A stretch of 64,000 nucleotides of DNA, filler included, from Dirinaria sp. TL-2023a (lineage: Eukaryota): assembly GCA_051941275.1 (NCBI GenBank). It is 6 parts of 6 records of this genome, joined end to end, with 100 filler letters (N's around TTAATTAATTAA, not from the genome) between each part and the next. Parts side by side here need not be neighbours in the genome. Positions count along the whole stretch, not along the records: positions 10,878 to 21,654 come from JAVEBF010000907.1; positions 21,755 to 32,524 come from JAVEBF010000908.1; 4 more parts are not named here. One strand, given 5' to 3'. Position numbers and translations under genes: made by a program. Positions 11,505-25,300 of the stretch are shown one piece after another (positions within the stretch are counted from its first letter, which is position 1; each line of letters opens with the position of its first letter). The notes beneath the pieces are model-generated. The model saw nothing but the letters and a program-made list of their open reading frames with translations, did no database searches and was not told the DNA's origin.

Positions 11505-14500
11505 CTAAAAGAATCGTCTCCACCCTTTCGGCTCCTTATAGGCATCGATCCCCGAATACCCCCTAGGTCTACTGCGGGACTGTGGTCCTGGTTCCAGCTC
11601 CTCGTCCTCGCTGGCGCTAGCACTGTAATTCTCTTCTTCACCACTATAATAATCATCTCCATCTTCGGCGGCTGCTCCGTCTGGATAATGGGCCACGTGC
11701 TGATGCTGCGGTTCAGGCGGCGGGGGTTCATCCCTAGCGTGCCCGATACCCAGCACACGATCCAATTTACTGGGTCGCCGGCCGGGGTATCCCTCGGCGG
11801 CAGCGGCGCGCTCGAAATCGCGCTGCTGTTGCTGTTCGGCGCGGGTTTCCATTGCGCGAAGACTGAGTGGCTGGGATTGCTGTGGTGGGGTTGCTGCTGT
11901 TGCTGCTGGGCGTGTGCTTGTCAAGGCTGCGCGGCGCGGGAAGAGGCTCGTGCCTTGTATTCGCTGCGTGCGCTGCTGAGGTTGTGCTTGAGTTTGCTCG
12001 CCGCCTTGGATCGTGGTCTCGACTTGTGGTTGAGGAGCGGAGATAGGCGCATTACGCGCTGGGTTCGAGGGGCGCTGGTTGAAGAGGCCCATCCCTTCAA
12101 CTCTATCGTCCGTAGACGGCATGCCATTGCTTGAACTGATTTGCTGGGACCTTGACCCGCCTTTCGTAAAGGGCTGGCCATTGTATAAGCCCATTTCTTC
12201 TAGACGGCCAGCGACGACGACGTCGTCGCGTTGCTTGGCAGGTGGGTCTTTGTTCAGTTTTCGGCGCCCCGTTGCGCCTGATGATAGACTTCTAAAAAGG
12301 CCCATTGCTCCACCTCCCCGGCTCATGCCGGCATCTTGTCGAGTCTGTCGCTCGCTAGTCTCACTTGGTGTGTTGGTTGCGGAGAAGCTTTCCAGGCTCT
12401 GGCCCCAGTTGCCCTGGCCTTGGTTGTTTGCTACCGGGTTCCTCCTCTTGCCACCTCGCAAACTGCCGAACCGCTCGAATAGACTCTTTCTCCGGTACGG
12501 GTCGTCGTTGACGTCCCCTACGCCTTGGTATCTCAAGGAGGGTATAAGCAGCCTGTATGGGACTGTAATACCAGCAGGGTCTTTCTGGCTGACTTCGCAG
12601 TTGATTACGATATCGAGCCCATGCTCAAGACTAATGTGGCCCTCGTTCTCATCATCAGCTGCGCCCCCTTTCTTCATTGCCTTCATACTCATGTTGGTAG
12701 GCCGACGCTGAAAGTTGCCCGGGCGCGGGAGTGGAGCTGAGCTAAAACCTGGAGCCTCACTAGCTGGAGCGGACGACCGTGTGGGTGCTGGCGGGTAATT
12801 TCCATCAGCCAGTGCAGGCGATGCTGATGCTGCGGGCGGTGATGGCTGGTATTCCATGGTTGAAGGGGACTCCTGGTTTGGCCCGCGTCCGGACAGGCGG
12901 CGGATAAGGTTTCCTGGCTTCATGTCTCCCTTTGTCAGTGACAGGGTGCGCTGAAGTGGTCAGGCCGAGCTGGCCCTTCTTCGGATACGTAAGACCCGGC
13001 ATCCGTTGGAGTTGGTGGAGGCGTAGATCCTGGATGGTACTCACGGATTGAACACCAGTTCCGCCGGGGAAGAAGGCGTTTGTTGTTCCTCGCTTTACCA
13101 TTAACATCGTGGGTAAACAGAGGAATCATGTTTTCGTCGGTTTCATGGTCGAAATGATGGGTCTTGTTTCGCTTGTTGAGGATGTCGCCCATCATCTCTG
13201 GTGGAGGCGTGTTGACAATTGCAGACGAGATGACATTAGCCATGTAACGGTGGTCCTGGTCTTTCGGTATCTTCGTTTTTGGGTTAGAATAGAACTGACC
13301 AACAGCTGCAAGGTGAACGTCGCCGCCCAATATTGTAATTCTAATGGACTTCTCAGCGGCCAGCTCTTGCAGCTCCTCGATGAAGTATTTCCTCTCTTGT
13401 TTGTGATTCTTTGCCGTCCAGTGATCATCCAGGTCATCCAATATTTCAACGCCTCCGTCAAATTTGTTGAGAAAACCGCCTAATAGACCCGCTCTTCCCA
13501 TTGCTTTGATGGGATCCATTACTCTACTAGTGAGCACGTTCTCTAGCCATACGAGCCTTGGGTAAGCTATAGGAACACCGAGAAGGACTATGAGGTGCTT
13601 TGTCTCTCCTGCAATAATCTCTCTTCGGCACCTATCAAAAGCAAGCTCGTAGGATGCCTGACTCAAGATCATGTCCCTGGTGCGTTCTGTACGACAATCC
13701 AAACCAAGGAAGGCGACATGTTTGCCAAGGCTCATATACAAGCTTCGACTGAGCTCACTGATATATGGACCCGGTGATGCACCTAAAAGCCAGCTCGGCT
13801 CATCCGCAGTTGTTTCATTAGGGACACTCTGATGCTGGAAGAGCATGTAATATTTGAAAGCAACAGCACCGAGCCCAGTAAACACGGGTGTACTCATGAA
13901 AGTGTGCGGGTATGATCCAAACCCATCGATGATGTCTACAACAACAAAGTTAACGAGGCACCGGCCAAATCGGCAACAAGAATTTTAGGTAGCTCACCAT
14001 GGTCATCCCATAAGTTGATCATTGGGATCTGTGAATTGGCCATCCCAAAAAGGCCTTGAGAGAACCACATGGAGTATCGGTCGAGATAAAACGACTCCAG
14101 CTCTTCTTGCATCTCAGCCGAAAATGGCGCCGCGTGCTTATGATGTGGTGACTTCATCCCAAGCCAGTCCTGAAATAATTCAGTTTGGGTCATCACCGCA
14201 TCGTTATATATCTGATCTCCACCTCCTATCATGACATGGAAAGGTCGAGTTTGGTGACTGTTCAGCACGTCACGCCACAGAGGATCTGGACCGGAGAAGC
14301 TGGCAGGGTTGACGCTCATGCTGAAGCCGTTGCAGCTGTGGAACATGATGTTCATCGACTGACCTTTCGCTGGGATCCAAAAACCTACAGAAGGGGCGTT
14401 GTTGATGCTGTAGGCTATCCTTGTCTGTTGCGTAGTCAACTCAACCTCTAAATTGAAGCGCCAGAATGTCACGCCACGCTCGGCATGAAGTCTGACACCT

Positions 14501-16929
14501 CTGACGCTTTGGCTTCCTGACTTCCGTTTTCCAAACCTATGCTTCTCTTTCGGGTCAGCGAGTTGCGCTTGTGCGATACGTGGATTTGGTATGCCGTAAG
14601 AGGTTGGCACTGCAGCTGTGCGCATTTTTTCAAAAAGACCATCATCAGTCTCAACGCGAGAGAGGTCCACCTCCTGGTCAAGGTCTTCTACCGGTTTAAC
14701 ATATACAGTTCCACCTGTCCTTGACAGTTTGGGCAGACCTGCTACGGGATCAATATACTCCGGAGGAAGACCGTTATCGTCTGCCCCATCTACCTGCTGC
14801 GGCGGTGGAGGCAGCAGCTCTAAAGGTTCAGCATATAGGCGGAGAGTTGGTGCAACGCTATAGTCAGACTGGCCGTCTACAGTCACAATCATAACGCTAC
14901 CACGCCATGTCTCCCTTACTGTCTCTGACGAGTGCCCTCTTAAGCGCGTAGGCTCGAGCTTATCTCGCTTGAGGCCCGTATAGCGTAATAGAGGGCCACA
15001 TTTGAGGAACAAAGGTGGATCGAATACTCTGGGTTCGGTTCCATAGTCGTTGGCGTACGTAACGGTTTTCTGCGCTGCGGTTTGCCCAGGGCCGGCTCCA
15101 ACAGCTGGTTTCGTGTTCTTAGCCTTTTCCTTTTCCCACCATGCCTTCTGCCCAGTCGAATCATCCAATGCGATCCTTAAGTCGGCAGCAGTAAGTCTTG
15201 CTGTGCCACCTTGCCGCCATTCGTCAAGGTGACGTTGTGGCCTAAGTTGGGGGCTATCATTCGGAGCGGTTCGACGGCCGTGATGCAGTATGTCTGATAG
15301 ATGATGCTTGTGAGAGACAGGGGCTTCAGCTGATTCTACAGGGTCATCTCCAAACCCCACCTTTCGACGCGCTTCTATACCAGCTGCAGTCTGGTACGGA
15401 ATCGCATACTTCACAGTGTCGCTTTCTGCACGTACCGCATTTGCTGGGACGGGGTCTGGAGCTCCGCCGTACGTAGTTGCGTCGTCATGTCTTCCAGACC
15501 GTTGAGCTTTACCACTATATAGTGCTTGCTGCTGGTCAGGAACCTCCTTCGACGCTTTAGCACCCATAGAAATCTGATCTCGACGGAGCACTTCTTGATT
15601 CTCTGCGTCCTGAATTTTGGACAGATCACGGCTCTGGGCAGATCGTTTGGCTACACGCGATTCAGGATCTGCTGGTAAGTCTGAGGTATCTCCCTGGTTG
15701 CGAAATCGTACACCGCGCCCTCCCTGTGGATCATAGTCCGGCTCAACCGGTGAAGGCTGCCGAGGCTGTTTCTTCGAACCTTGAGACCGAAAGTTTCCAG
15801 AGCTTCGGTCCTCTGCGTCCACTGTATTAGTTGGAGGTACTTTTCTCCGATATTTGGATAATTCGTCAATGTCATCGGCATAGGCAGGTGCGACCCCCCG
15901 TCTGGGAGTGCCATCTTTATCCATCCCTGTGTGCTCGTCTTTGTCATTCTGTTCCGAGGATGTTTTGCCTCTCTTACTATTCCCAGCTGAAGCACGCCTT
16001 GATGATGTCTGATTTGTTGTTGGCTCAGCCCCTTGATTGATAACTTGCCGTTCCCCGTTGCCTTGCGATTCTCTCAGCCTTCGTTCAGCTTTCTCGACAC
16101 GTGCTCTTTTCTCCTCTTTGCTAATGTCATTTAGCTTCACTTCCAATTTCTGCAGCGGGGACCGATCCGGAGCCCACTCTTTCCTAGACACGTCAGCCGC
16201 TGCTGAGGAACGTCTAGTGCTTGAGCGGGCTTGCGGCGTAGATTCATTAGTTGATTGCGCTCTTCGTGGTTGGACCTCTTGTGAGGGAGGTGGCTCTGCA
16301 ACATATTGCGTTTTCACCTGGTTGGCTTTTTGAGACTGCTGTATGGGAACACCCTTAGACATCGACGAAAGTGGTGCCTCCCCGTCACTCGGTGGCTGCT
16401 CATCACTAGAATAAACTGGCATACGATGTCGGCGAGAGCTCTCGCGACGCTTCGGTGCTTCCGACTGAGGAGCTGGGTCATGGCTTGCCATAGCGTCTGC
16501 TGGAGGCGTAACTCCGTTTTGTGGCAAGCCGCGAGCCCGAGCGGCGAAAGATGTGGGATCGCTGCCCTGTGCGGGGGTGGCCTCCATAGCAGATGACCCT
16601 TGATAGGGCAGGTGAGGTTCTTTGGAGGCTTCGGGTGCTGGTGGTCGAGGGTATGCTTCGACCCGTGATCTTCGGTTACCACTCCCGGATCCAGTCGCCC
16701 TTCGCTTTCTTGAGGCTGTTCGGGCGACATCATTCTTTGGTGGATCCGGGCTTATCATGCTATTGCGCTGCACCTCTTCCGGCCAGGCCAAATTGTCTGG
16801 GTTCTGGACCGGAGCAAAGGAGGTAGGTAGGGGAGCGAATGGGTCGACTCGTACAGGTTTCGGTTGAGGGAGCTGGTGGGGAATCAGGGCAGGATAATGC
16901 GACGCGACAGGGGCACGACGAGACTCCAT
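11505..16929 (-). CDS. Large PhoD-like metallophosphatase domain protein with disordered termini; apparent 1-nt frameshift near 12961
   Basis: FHSCNGFS, HVMIGGGDQIYND, WDDHDIIDGFGSYP (across intron 13936-13997), LDCRTER, LDDLDDHW, LGGDVHLA; C-terminal part continues in another frame. Confidence 0.85.
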
Positions 16930-17920
16930 GGCTGAGGATGCGAAACTGTGATTCCAGCTCTCGAGGTTGTCACAGAGGTTGGGGAGAATGATTTGATTTG
17001 AACAGCAAACGCCGAGCAATGCACCAGTGAGCTGTAGAAATATTACACGTAGATATTGCTACGACATCTGATAAGCTCCACAGCATGGGTCATTGGGTAG
17101 CGTTTGACGCAACAAGTTTGTCCTACCAGCACCGGAATTCATGATGGGATATGGAAGAAAATTTAATACAAGCTGAAGGAGACGCAAGAAGAATCGAATG
17201 ATGATGATAAGAATCAAAATGATGGAAATAATAGTCACAATAAAATCAAAATGGGGAAAGCTCCAATAAAATTGGCGGCTAATTTCAATCTTGACCAGCA
17301 TTTAAATCTGTTTCGTTTCTGAGCTTCGAAGCCAATAATAATTGAGCCAATGAGCCAACGAGCGAGCGGGCCAATTGTGCCCGCAGTCCACACTCCTATT
17401 CTCGCTTAAATTGCTAGTCCCCCTCGTCTTTGCTGGCTCGCCTCAGTCGCCTGGTTCAGATCGGCGCTAGCAGGGCAGCGACGCCGGCGAGAAGATAGTA
17501 CTTCAAGCTAAGCCCTTTTTGTCCTAGTGGCTGCTGACCTCGGTTCAAAAGTGTCTTGAAGGTGGCCTTTGAGCAACAGGAGAAATCCGGACTCTATTCT
17601 TTTCTTGACGGCCTTGTCATTCCTACCTTATTCTTACTTCAGTCACCTTCTGATCCACAGTGCGCATCCTACCCACTCGAGTCCTCTATTTCTTAGTAAC
17701 TCTACCGAGTCCTTCCGAGGTTGTTTGCAACTTGCTGTATATTCGAAAGCTCATCAGCCACTGAGAAGACACCAAAGACGAGTGGACATTTCAGCGTACA
17801 AGAGCATAATTGGCCCAAAGCTCGCCGCAGGGACTCTGTGTGTGGTTGAGCTAACACTTCCAAGTCGGTGAATGGTTCACAAGCCGACGCTCATGGCAGC
17901 AAGATAGCACTCATTCAATC

Positions 17921-20529
17921 ATGTATCTTACTCAATACGTCGGGTTGTTAGCACTGGCATACTCGTCCGTTGCGACCAGCCTACACCGCCGAAACCATGA
18001 CACGCATGAATACTACGCTCTTCATCTTCGGCCCGATACTTCGCCCTCGGAAGTAGCCGCTGCGCTTGGGCTCGAGTACGAGGGCAAACTAGGCGAACTC
18101 CCCGATCATCACACATTCTCTTCGCCCAGGCATAGGCAGCACGATGCAGAAAGCATTCTTGAAAACTTAGGGCAGCGCCGAAGGAAACGGGTCTTAGCAA
18201 CAGGCGTTAGTGCTTTGGATGGCATTCTGTGGCACCAGAAGCAGAAGCCCAAGCCGCGTATGCAGAAACGGAATGTCATACCTCCTCTGCCAGCTCGAGA
18301 TGAGAGACAGTCATTGCCTTCCGACATACCACCCTCACCGGAGCCTAGTGCGATACCGCCTGCCCAACAGGCGGTAATTGATTTGAGGTCCAAGGTCGCG
18401 CGGGAACTGAGCATCACCGATCCCATATTCAATGAGCAGTGGCACCTCATCAACACCGTTCAAATAGGCCATGATATCAATGTGACGGGTGTTTGGACTC
18501 AGGGTATCACCGGCCATAATGTCACAGCGGTGATGGTTGACGACGGTATTGACATGTATAGCGACGATCTAAAGGATAATTATTTCGCTGAGGGATCCTA
18601 TGACTTTAATGACAATACCGAGGAGCCGCGGCCGAGGTTGTCCGACGACAAGCATGGAACAAGATGTGCTGGGGAGATTGCTGCAGTCAAGAACGGTGTC
18701 TGTGGCGTTGGAGCCGCTTATAATGCCAGGATAGGTGGCCTGCGTATCTTGTCGAAAGTGATTACAGATGAAGATGAAGCAGTGGCTATGAACTATGCGT
18801 TTCAGCAAAATCAAATCTATTCCTGCTCTTGGGGTCCTCCAGACGATGGTCAATCCATGGACGCTCCAGGTATCCTCATCAGGAAAGCGATGGTCAATGC
18901 GATACAAAAAGGTCGGCAAGGGAAGGGCAATATATATGTCTTCGCGGCTGGAAACGGCGCTGGTAGCGGCGACAATTGCAACTTCGACGGGTACACAAAC
19001 AGCATCTACAGTATCACTGTTGGCGCAATCGACAGGAAAGGTCTGCATCCGTACTACTCGGAGAAATGTTCTGCTCAGCTAGTCGTTACTTACAGCAGCG
19101 GAAGTGGTGACGCCATTCATACCACAGACGTGGGTACCAATGAGTGCTATGCGAATCATGGAGGTACCTCTGCTGCTGCGCCATTAGGTGCTGGAATTTT
19201 CGCTCTCGCTCTCTCCGCGCGACCAGATCTCACCTGGCGTGATCTTCAACATATCCTTGTCCAGACTGCAGTCCCAATAAATGAGCAAGACCAGTGGGAT
19301 ACGACGTTCATTGGCAAAAAATTTAGTCACACTTACGGCTACGGTAAACTGGACGCTTACGCTATCGTTGAAGCCTCCAAATCCTGGGAATTGGTCAAAC
19401 CACAAGCGTGGTACAAATCTCCATGGCTTCATGTCAAGCATAATATTCCGCAAGGTGTTGAAGGACTCCTCAGTACCTTTGAAGTAACAGAAGACGCTTT
19501 GAAAAGTGCCAACCTTGAGAGACTAGAGCACGTCACCGTCACCATGAACGTCAATCACACGCGACGTGGAGATCTCAGTGTGGAATTGAGAAGTCCGGAA
19601 AATGTAGTAAGCCATTTGAGCGTTTCCAGAAAGCTAGATGATTCAAAATCTGGTTATGAAGATTGGACTTTTATGTCCGTCGCACATTGGTATGTGCCTT
19701 CTCAGACCTGTGACGCAGTCGACCTAACTGATACATGCGTAGGGGTGAATCGGGTGTTGGCAAATGGAGCGTTGTCGTCAAGGATACTAATGTCAACGAG
19801 CACAATGGGACATTCATTGACTGGAGACTCACCCTGTGGGGCGAAAGCATCGACGCATCGAAGCAAGATTTACTTCCTATGCCAACAGAACACGACGATG
19901 ATGATCACGACGTGATGACCGCTTCGATCGGTACTGCTACAGTCACACACCCGCCAGACGAGACACCTTCAGCAAACCCTTCCGACCATCAAGATCGACC
20001 AGTCAACGCCAAACCTACCGCTCCACCGGCAGTATCGAGCCCCGCCTCTTCCGCGTCAATGACTGCTACACCTTCAGCGACGAAGACTGCCACCGTGACA
20101 GCAGAACCGGATGCGACTACTTCGGCTGGGAGCTTCCTTCCGCATTACTTCCCTACCTTTGGCGTTTCAAAGAAAACCCAAATATGGATATACGGCGCAG
20201 TTGCGATCATTGTGCTGTTTTGCGTCGGTCTTGGCGCCTACTTCTTCATTCAGCGGAGGAAGAGGACGCGCATCAATCGCGACGACTACGAATTCGAAAT
20301 GATTGATGAAGATGACGCTAATGGTGGTCTCAATAGCGGAGCACGTGGGAAACGGCAAAAGCGGAGAGGGGGCGAATTGTATGACGCGTTCGCTGGCGAA
20401 AGCGATGAAGACGGCCTTCTTAGTGCGTCTGACGAGGAAGAGGAAGAAGCCTATCGAGACGAAGGCCCGAAAGAAGACGAAAAGCGTGGCCGGCCCATGT
20501 CACGAGACGGCGACGACGAAAAGCGGTGA
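17921..20529 (+). CDS. KEX2: Kexin (subtilisin-like proprotein convertase)
   Basis: Signal peptide, prodomain ending MQKR, catalytic VDDG / HGTRCAGE / GTSAAAP, P-domain, Ser/Thr linker, TM helix, acidic tail with YEFEMI and YDAF; intron 19690-19742. Confidence 0.96.
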
Positions 20530-21224
20530 ATCTTGTTTCGATACTAACTGTACATATCCGGCATCTTGTGCAAGCAAAGTTCCAGATCGATTGCATGATG
20601 GGCGTTGAAAAATGTTGCTTTTAGAAAGGCGAAGGGTCACATGGTTGGCGATTAATTAAGAAGCTTCCATTCCGTTGCTGCAACAGTTGGCTACGGTGTT
20701 TCACCACTCCTCCCAAAATTGGTGCAACGTGTTACCATCAGGCCGTTGGGTTTGGTATATAATCCTGAAACTCGGGCCAAAAAAACAACAGCCTGTTTCG
20801 ACTTCTTTCGAGCCTATCTTAGCCTCCGGTGGTCCCGTACCGACCGAATCCTGTCCGCGCAAGGCTCGAGATGGAGCTGTTAGATTAACGTCGCACGCGA
20901 GGAGGTTTAGAAAAAAAAATTTCCGTCTGAATTTTCACTAACCACAGCCTTCCCGAACTTTCCTCGAACATGACCCTTCCTTCCAATAATGTCCGAGAAA
21001 AAAGGGCTCAGATAAGTTAAGCCGTCCGCGTGTACGATGTCTCTCTCTGTTTTCTCTCTCTATGCCTGATCCGGATCTCCGTGCATTACACTCGCTTTTT
21101 TCAAATGTCCGATTTTGCTTTACAATGATTGCTGGACAATCTTGTACTACTTCACTCGTTTTTTTCCTTTGGTTGTGATATTTGGGGTCGCTCTCAACTT
21201 TGTTCCTGACTTGCAGGGAGAAGA

Positions 21225-21654
21225 ATGTGTACTGCTTTCTGCGAAACCTTCTGCTGCTTCCTCATCCGCTGCCGAGACGACTGCAGGACCAGAACCCAAG
21301 AACAAGCTTCTGCCGAAGAAGAAGTAACAGAAGAAGAACGCCCCTCAACGCAACTGCACATCCTCCATTCTTCGGCCCCGAGACGGATCTCCTCTTACTC
21401 TAACGCCTCAGAGCTTCTGCCGCCCGGGACAAGAACACGGCGAACAAGACACTACTCCTACGAACCAAAGCCAGAGAAAATGCACCTTCCACCACGGCCC
21501 TCGCATCTAAAGCCGCAACCAATCTACCAAGCGCAGCAGTCATCACCATGGCAGTCTTCATCACGACGCATAGTAGCACAGCAAGACCCCGTTCCACGAT
21601 CCAGCCCAAAACCAAAACCAACCCACAAACCACCATCCTCAACGCCCCATCACC
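21225..21654 (+). CDS. Hypothetical protein, Cys-rich N-terminus, 3'-truncated by contig end
   Basis: Open frame MCTAFCETFCCFLIRCRDDC... running into the gap, preceded by a CTGAC...GCAG acceptor-like signal; no recognisable family. Confidence 0.35.
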
Positions 21655-21754
21655 NNNNNNNNNNNNNNNNNNNNNNNNNNNNNNNNNNNNNNNNNNNNTT
21701 AATTAATTAANNNNNNNNNNNNNNNNNNNNNNNNNNNNNNNNNNNNNNNNNNNN
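21655..21754. other. Artificial contig spacer
   Basis: N44-TTAATTAATTAA-N44. Confidence 0.98.
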
Positions 21755-22000
21755 GCGGCGGATGAGTTCATGGCTGGAGCGGGGGTGGATGCAGGAGCGG
21801 TATTCATGGATTTGGGCTGATGGATTTTTAGTAACGCGATCTGTTTTTTTTTTCCCTTCTCTCACAAAAAATCTAGGTAGGTTTTGAAATTCTACAGCTC
21901 TACATACAGTAGATATGTACGTACCTTAAGATCTTCCCTTTTTTTTGCTTTTGGGTGTATCGCTCGCCGTTCGGCATTTTGGAAAATCACGCAATTAGAT

Positions 22001-22045
22001 AGGAGAAGAAGGGGGAGGAGAAGAAGGGGTAGGAGAAGAAGGGGG
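22001..22045 (+). repeat. 15-bp purine tandem repeat x3 (AGGAGAAGAAGGGG[G/T])
   Basis: Three adjacent copies read directly. Confidence 0.85.
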
Positions 22046-22399
22046 GGAACCCCAAATTTGCAAGGACAGAAAAAAAATAAAGTAAGTCTTACTACACAAA
22101 ACTTCATGTTCGTGATTGGATGCGTCGCGTAGAGATATATATACTGAGTCTCATTGAGGGCTAGGGATACTAAAAGCTACTGCGAAGCAATACCGCAAAG
22201 CACTAGAGCAAAGGCCAGGTTCTCAAAAGTCCACCATTAGCAACGCATAAGAGCATCAGCTTTCTCGAATCCATTAGCAGTCTCCGCCAGAGCAATATCA
22301 ATAGCGATACGAGAAGGGGCCTAGGGAGCAAATTCTCGTTCCAATAAAAAAAAAAGGCAAATTCCAGTACTAGGAGCGCTGCGGGAGCAAGGGTTGAAA

Positions 22400-25300
22400 T
22401 CACACACGGCCTCGATGTCCACCTCGCGTTCGGAATGGTGACACTCGCCGCTCGTCCCTGCTACTGGCTTCCAAGCTCGGTACGACGTTGGCCTTTGGGC
22501 TCAGGAAGCTTGTATCCTCGAGTGGCTGGACGGTCTCCCATGCGCTGTCTTCACCAAACTCGTGCATAAGCTGCTCACCCAGTTGGGCATATCGGGGAAA
22601 CGCTCCAAACCAGTTGCCAGCACGCTGAGACACCTGTCTTAGGTGCTCGAAGTGCTTCTTGGCGAGGGTCGCTGCTTGTGCGTGATCAAAGTCGTTTTCC
22701 CTCGCGAGCAGCAGACGTAGAATCTCTTCATGCACAGTCATTGCGTCCTGATAACGCTCCGTAGCTGCGTAGAGACCAGAAAGTACAACTGACATCTCGA
22801 CCGTAGTGGGATCGAGTGGGCCCCAGAGAGTTGTCAAATTGTAGATGATATCCTCGCATAGCTGGATTGCAGCATCTTTAAAGCCACGAGCGAACCGGAC
22901 TTCCACGTACCGTCTACCAAACCATATGATGTCACCAGGCGTCCAAGATTTTTGAGTGGCATGGGAGGTCCACAGAATGGCGAGGAGCCACTAGAGTGAC
23001 AGGTTAGCGAAGAACCAACCAAGAGGTGTGCGATAGTGAATTCATACCTCAAGCTCTGCATAGCTCTTCTGCTCGCTCAGCAAACCGACAAGGTCTTTCA
23101 GCTCGTCTAGATCCATCGGTCCGATGCTCAAGTTGAGACGTTTGCAGACACCGAGGACCTCGCGAAGGACGGTCTGGGAGAGATCGTGCATCTGAGCACG
23201 CAGCGTCTCATTCGCAGGCGCCTCAATCACTCCACGGCCAGCCATGTACAATGACATCCTCAGCCCAAAAGCGATGTTCAGTGGATCTTCGTAAGCCTGT
23301 AGGGATTTTCCCAATTCGAAAATGGAATTGGCGGCTGCATATGCCTCACCAAAGTCTTCTTGCTCGATGAGACTCTTGACCAAGTCATTACCAGCAACGC
23401 ACACCGCACGACCGGCAGAGTTGTTGCCATCGTTGATGAGCTGATATAGCAGCTTGGTCAGGATTGTCTGCATCGTCTGCTTGGTCGGCATAGTAGGTAC
23501 TCCCAACGTCCCAAAGAGCGCCTCAAACGCTCGGTTCTCCAAGACCTCGACCTCGCTGGAACGATGCTTCGCAAGCAGCAATGCACGGAGACGAGCTCCG
23601 TGGAGCAACTTCTCACCAAGGACCTGGGACTGCGAGAAGCGTTCATAAAGTAGGGTCTCCGTCAACAGATCTGACATGGATTCGGAGAAGTTCTGCTTTT
23701 CGGAGCCTTGGAGGCCTTGTTCCAGGGTAGTGATGAAAATGTAACAGTTGCGGTCGAGTGTCCGGTCCAGGACAATCGCAAAATGCTCATCCTCAGTGGT
23801 GTCTTCCAAGACAATCTGCCGCCGAAGAGCATCCACTACTCCTAGACCCTGCTCGGTGTAGCCTTGGTTCGAATAGATGCGTGCGAGCTTTGCTGCTGAC
23901 TTCCACAGCCGGATAGGTGACGGCTCGTTGCAGATTATTTCAGCCGCAGCTCTCTGCAGGAGATCCAAAGCAGCCGCACGACTTCCTCCAGTGTCGTTCT
24001 GAGTGTATAGGTGAACTAGTTGACCTAGGCTATCCAGTGTACCGTCATCAGAGCAGCCAAACTTCACTTTCGCATTGTCATACTTTTCTGCGTACAGCGC
24101 AATGGCGTCCTGGATGACTTCAGAGAAAGACTTGGAAGATGCGAGGCTCATTGTGCGGTAGAGTGCTGCCAGGCGATCCTTAGCTGTAGCGACGAAATCC
24201 GTCATTTGAGGATCGTCCGCCGCTGGACTTGAGCTCACAGCCATGATTATCTGCTCGTAGATACGTATCGCTTCGATTTGATGGGGTTCGCTCCTCTCGT
24301 TCATCTCAGCAAGCTCAAAGGCTGCTTTGATTGCAATGGCAGACTCGACGGAAAATAGCCTCTTACACGCCTCGTAGTATTGCTCTGCGACATTTCGAAG
24401 AGTTGGGTAGTCACCTTCGGCAGATTGGTTTAGGGCGGCTCTATATCGCTCATGGATCGACTGGAGGGTGCCAGACGTCAAAACATCCTCGGAACCCCGT
24501 CCGAGGACAGTCTGCCACAGCGGTCTACAAACCTGGACAGCCTCGGACCATTGACCTTGTTTGGTGTACGCCTCTGATAGTCTCAGTGCAGCGTTGATAG
24601 CATCGGGATGGCAAGCTGTCGAGTCCTTGTTGAGCGAATGGATAATCTGGTGATAGTATTTGTTCGCAGACTCCTGCTGGTTGACGGATTCGCAGAGCGA
24701 GCTCAATGCGTAGAGAGCCTCAACGGTGACCGGATTAGTGGGACCAAGTTCGCTTCTATATCTCTGGAGCAGATCATCGTTGATGTCAATAGCTTTGGCT
24801 ACCTCTCCTCTATCGTTGTAATATTGAATGAGTGACTTGCTCGTCCTAGCCATTGGTCCAGAATCTGTGAGGTTTTTGGAGGCTTCGTACATTGCGAGGT
24901 AGATCTGGAGTGCCTCCTCAGGGCGGTTCTCGTGGATTAGGCAAGATGCCAGCCGTTCAGCCAACGTCAGCGCTTCGTTTTGATATTCCGCCGGTAGCTC
25001 TTTAGCCGCACCCTGGGTTTTGAGAGACGGCCAGACAAGCTGCAATGACTTCTGGAGAGCTTCTATCGCTTCCACCCAGCGATCTTGACGTACTAGAGAT
25101 GCACTTGTACTATCGCAAATCTTGATAGTCGATGCACTTGGATGGCTACTCGTGGAGCCCAAAACACCCATGTTGAAGACTTCTTGGAGGATAGAGTCAG
25201 CGCCTGGATCTTGGAAGGCTGCGTGTGTTGAGGTAGACGCAGTTCCTAGCCTATCGGCTTGATCCTGGATGGCTTGCACGTTCTGTGTGATTTGGGAAGC

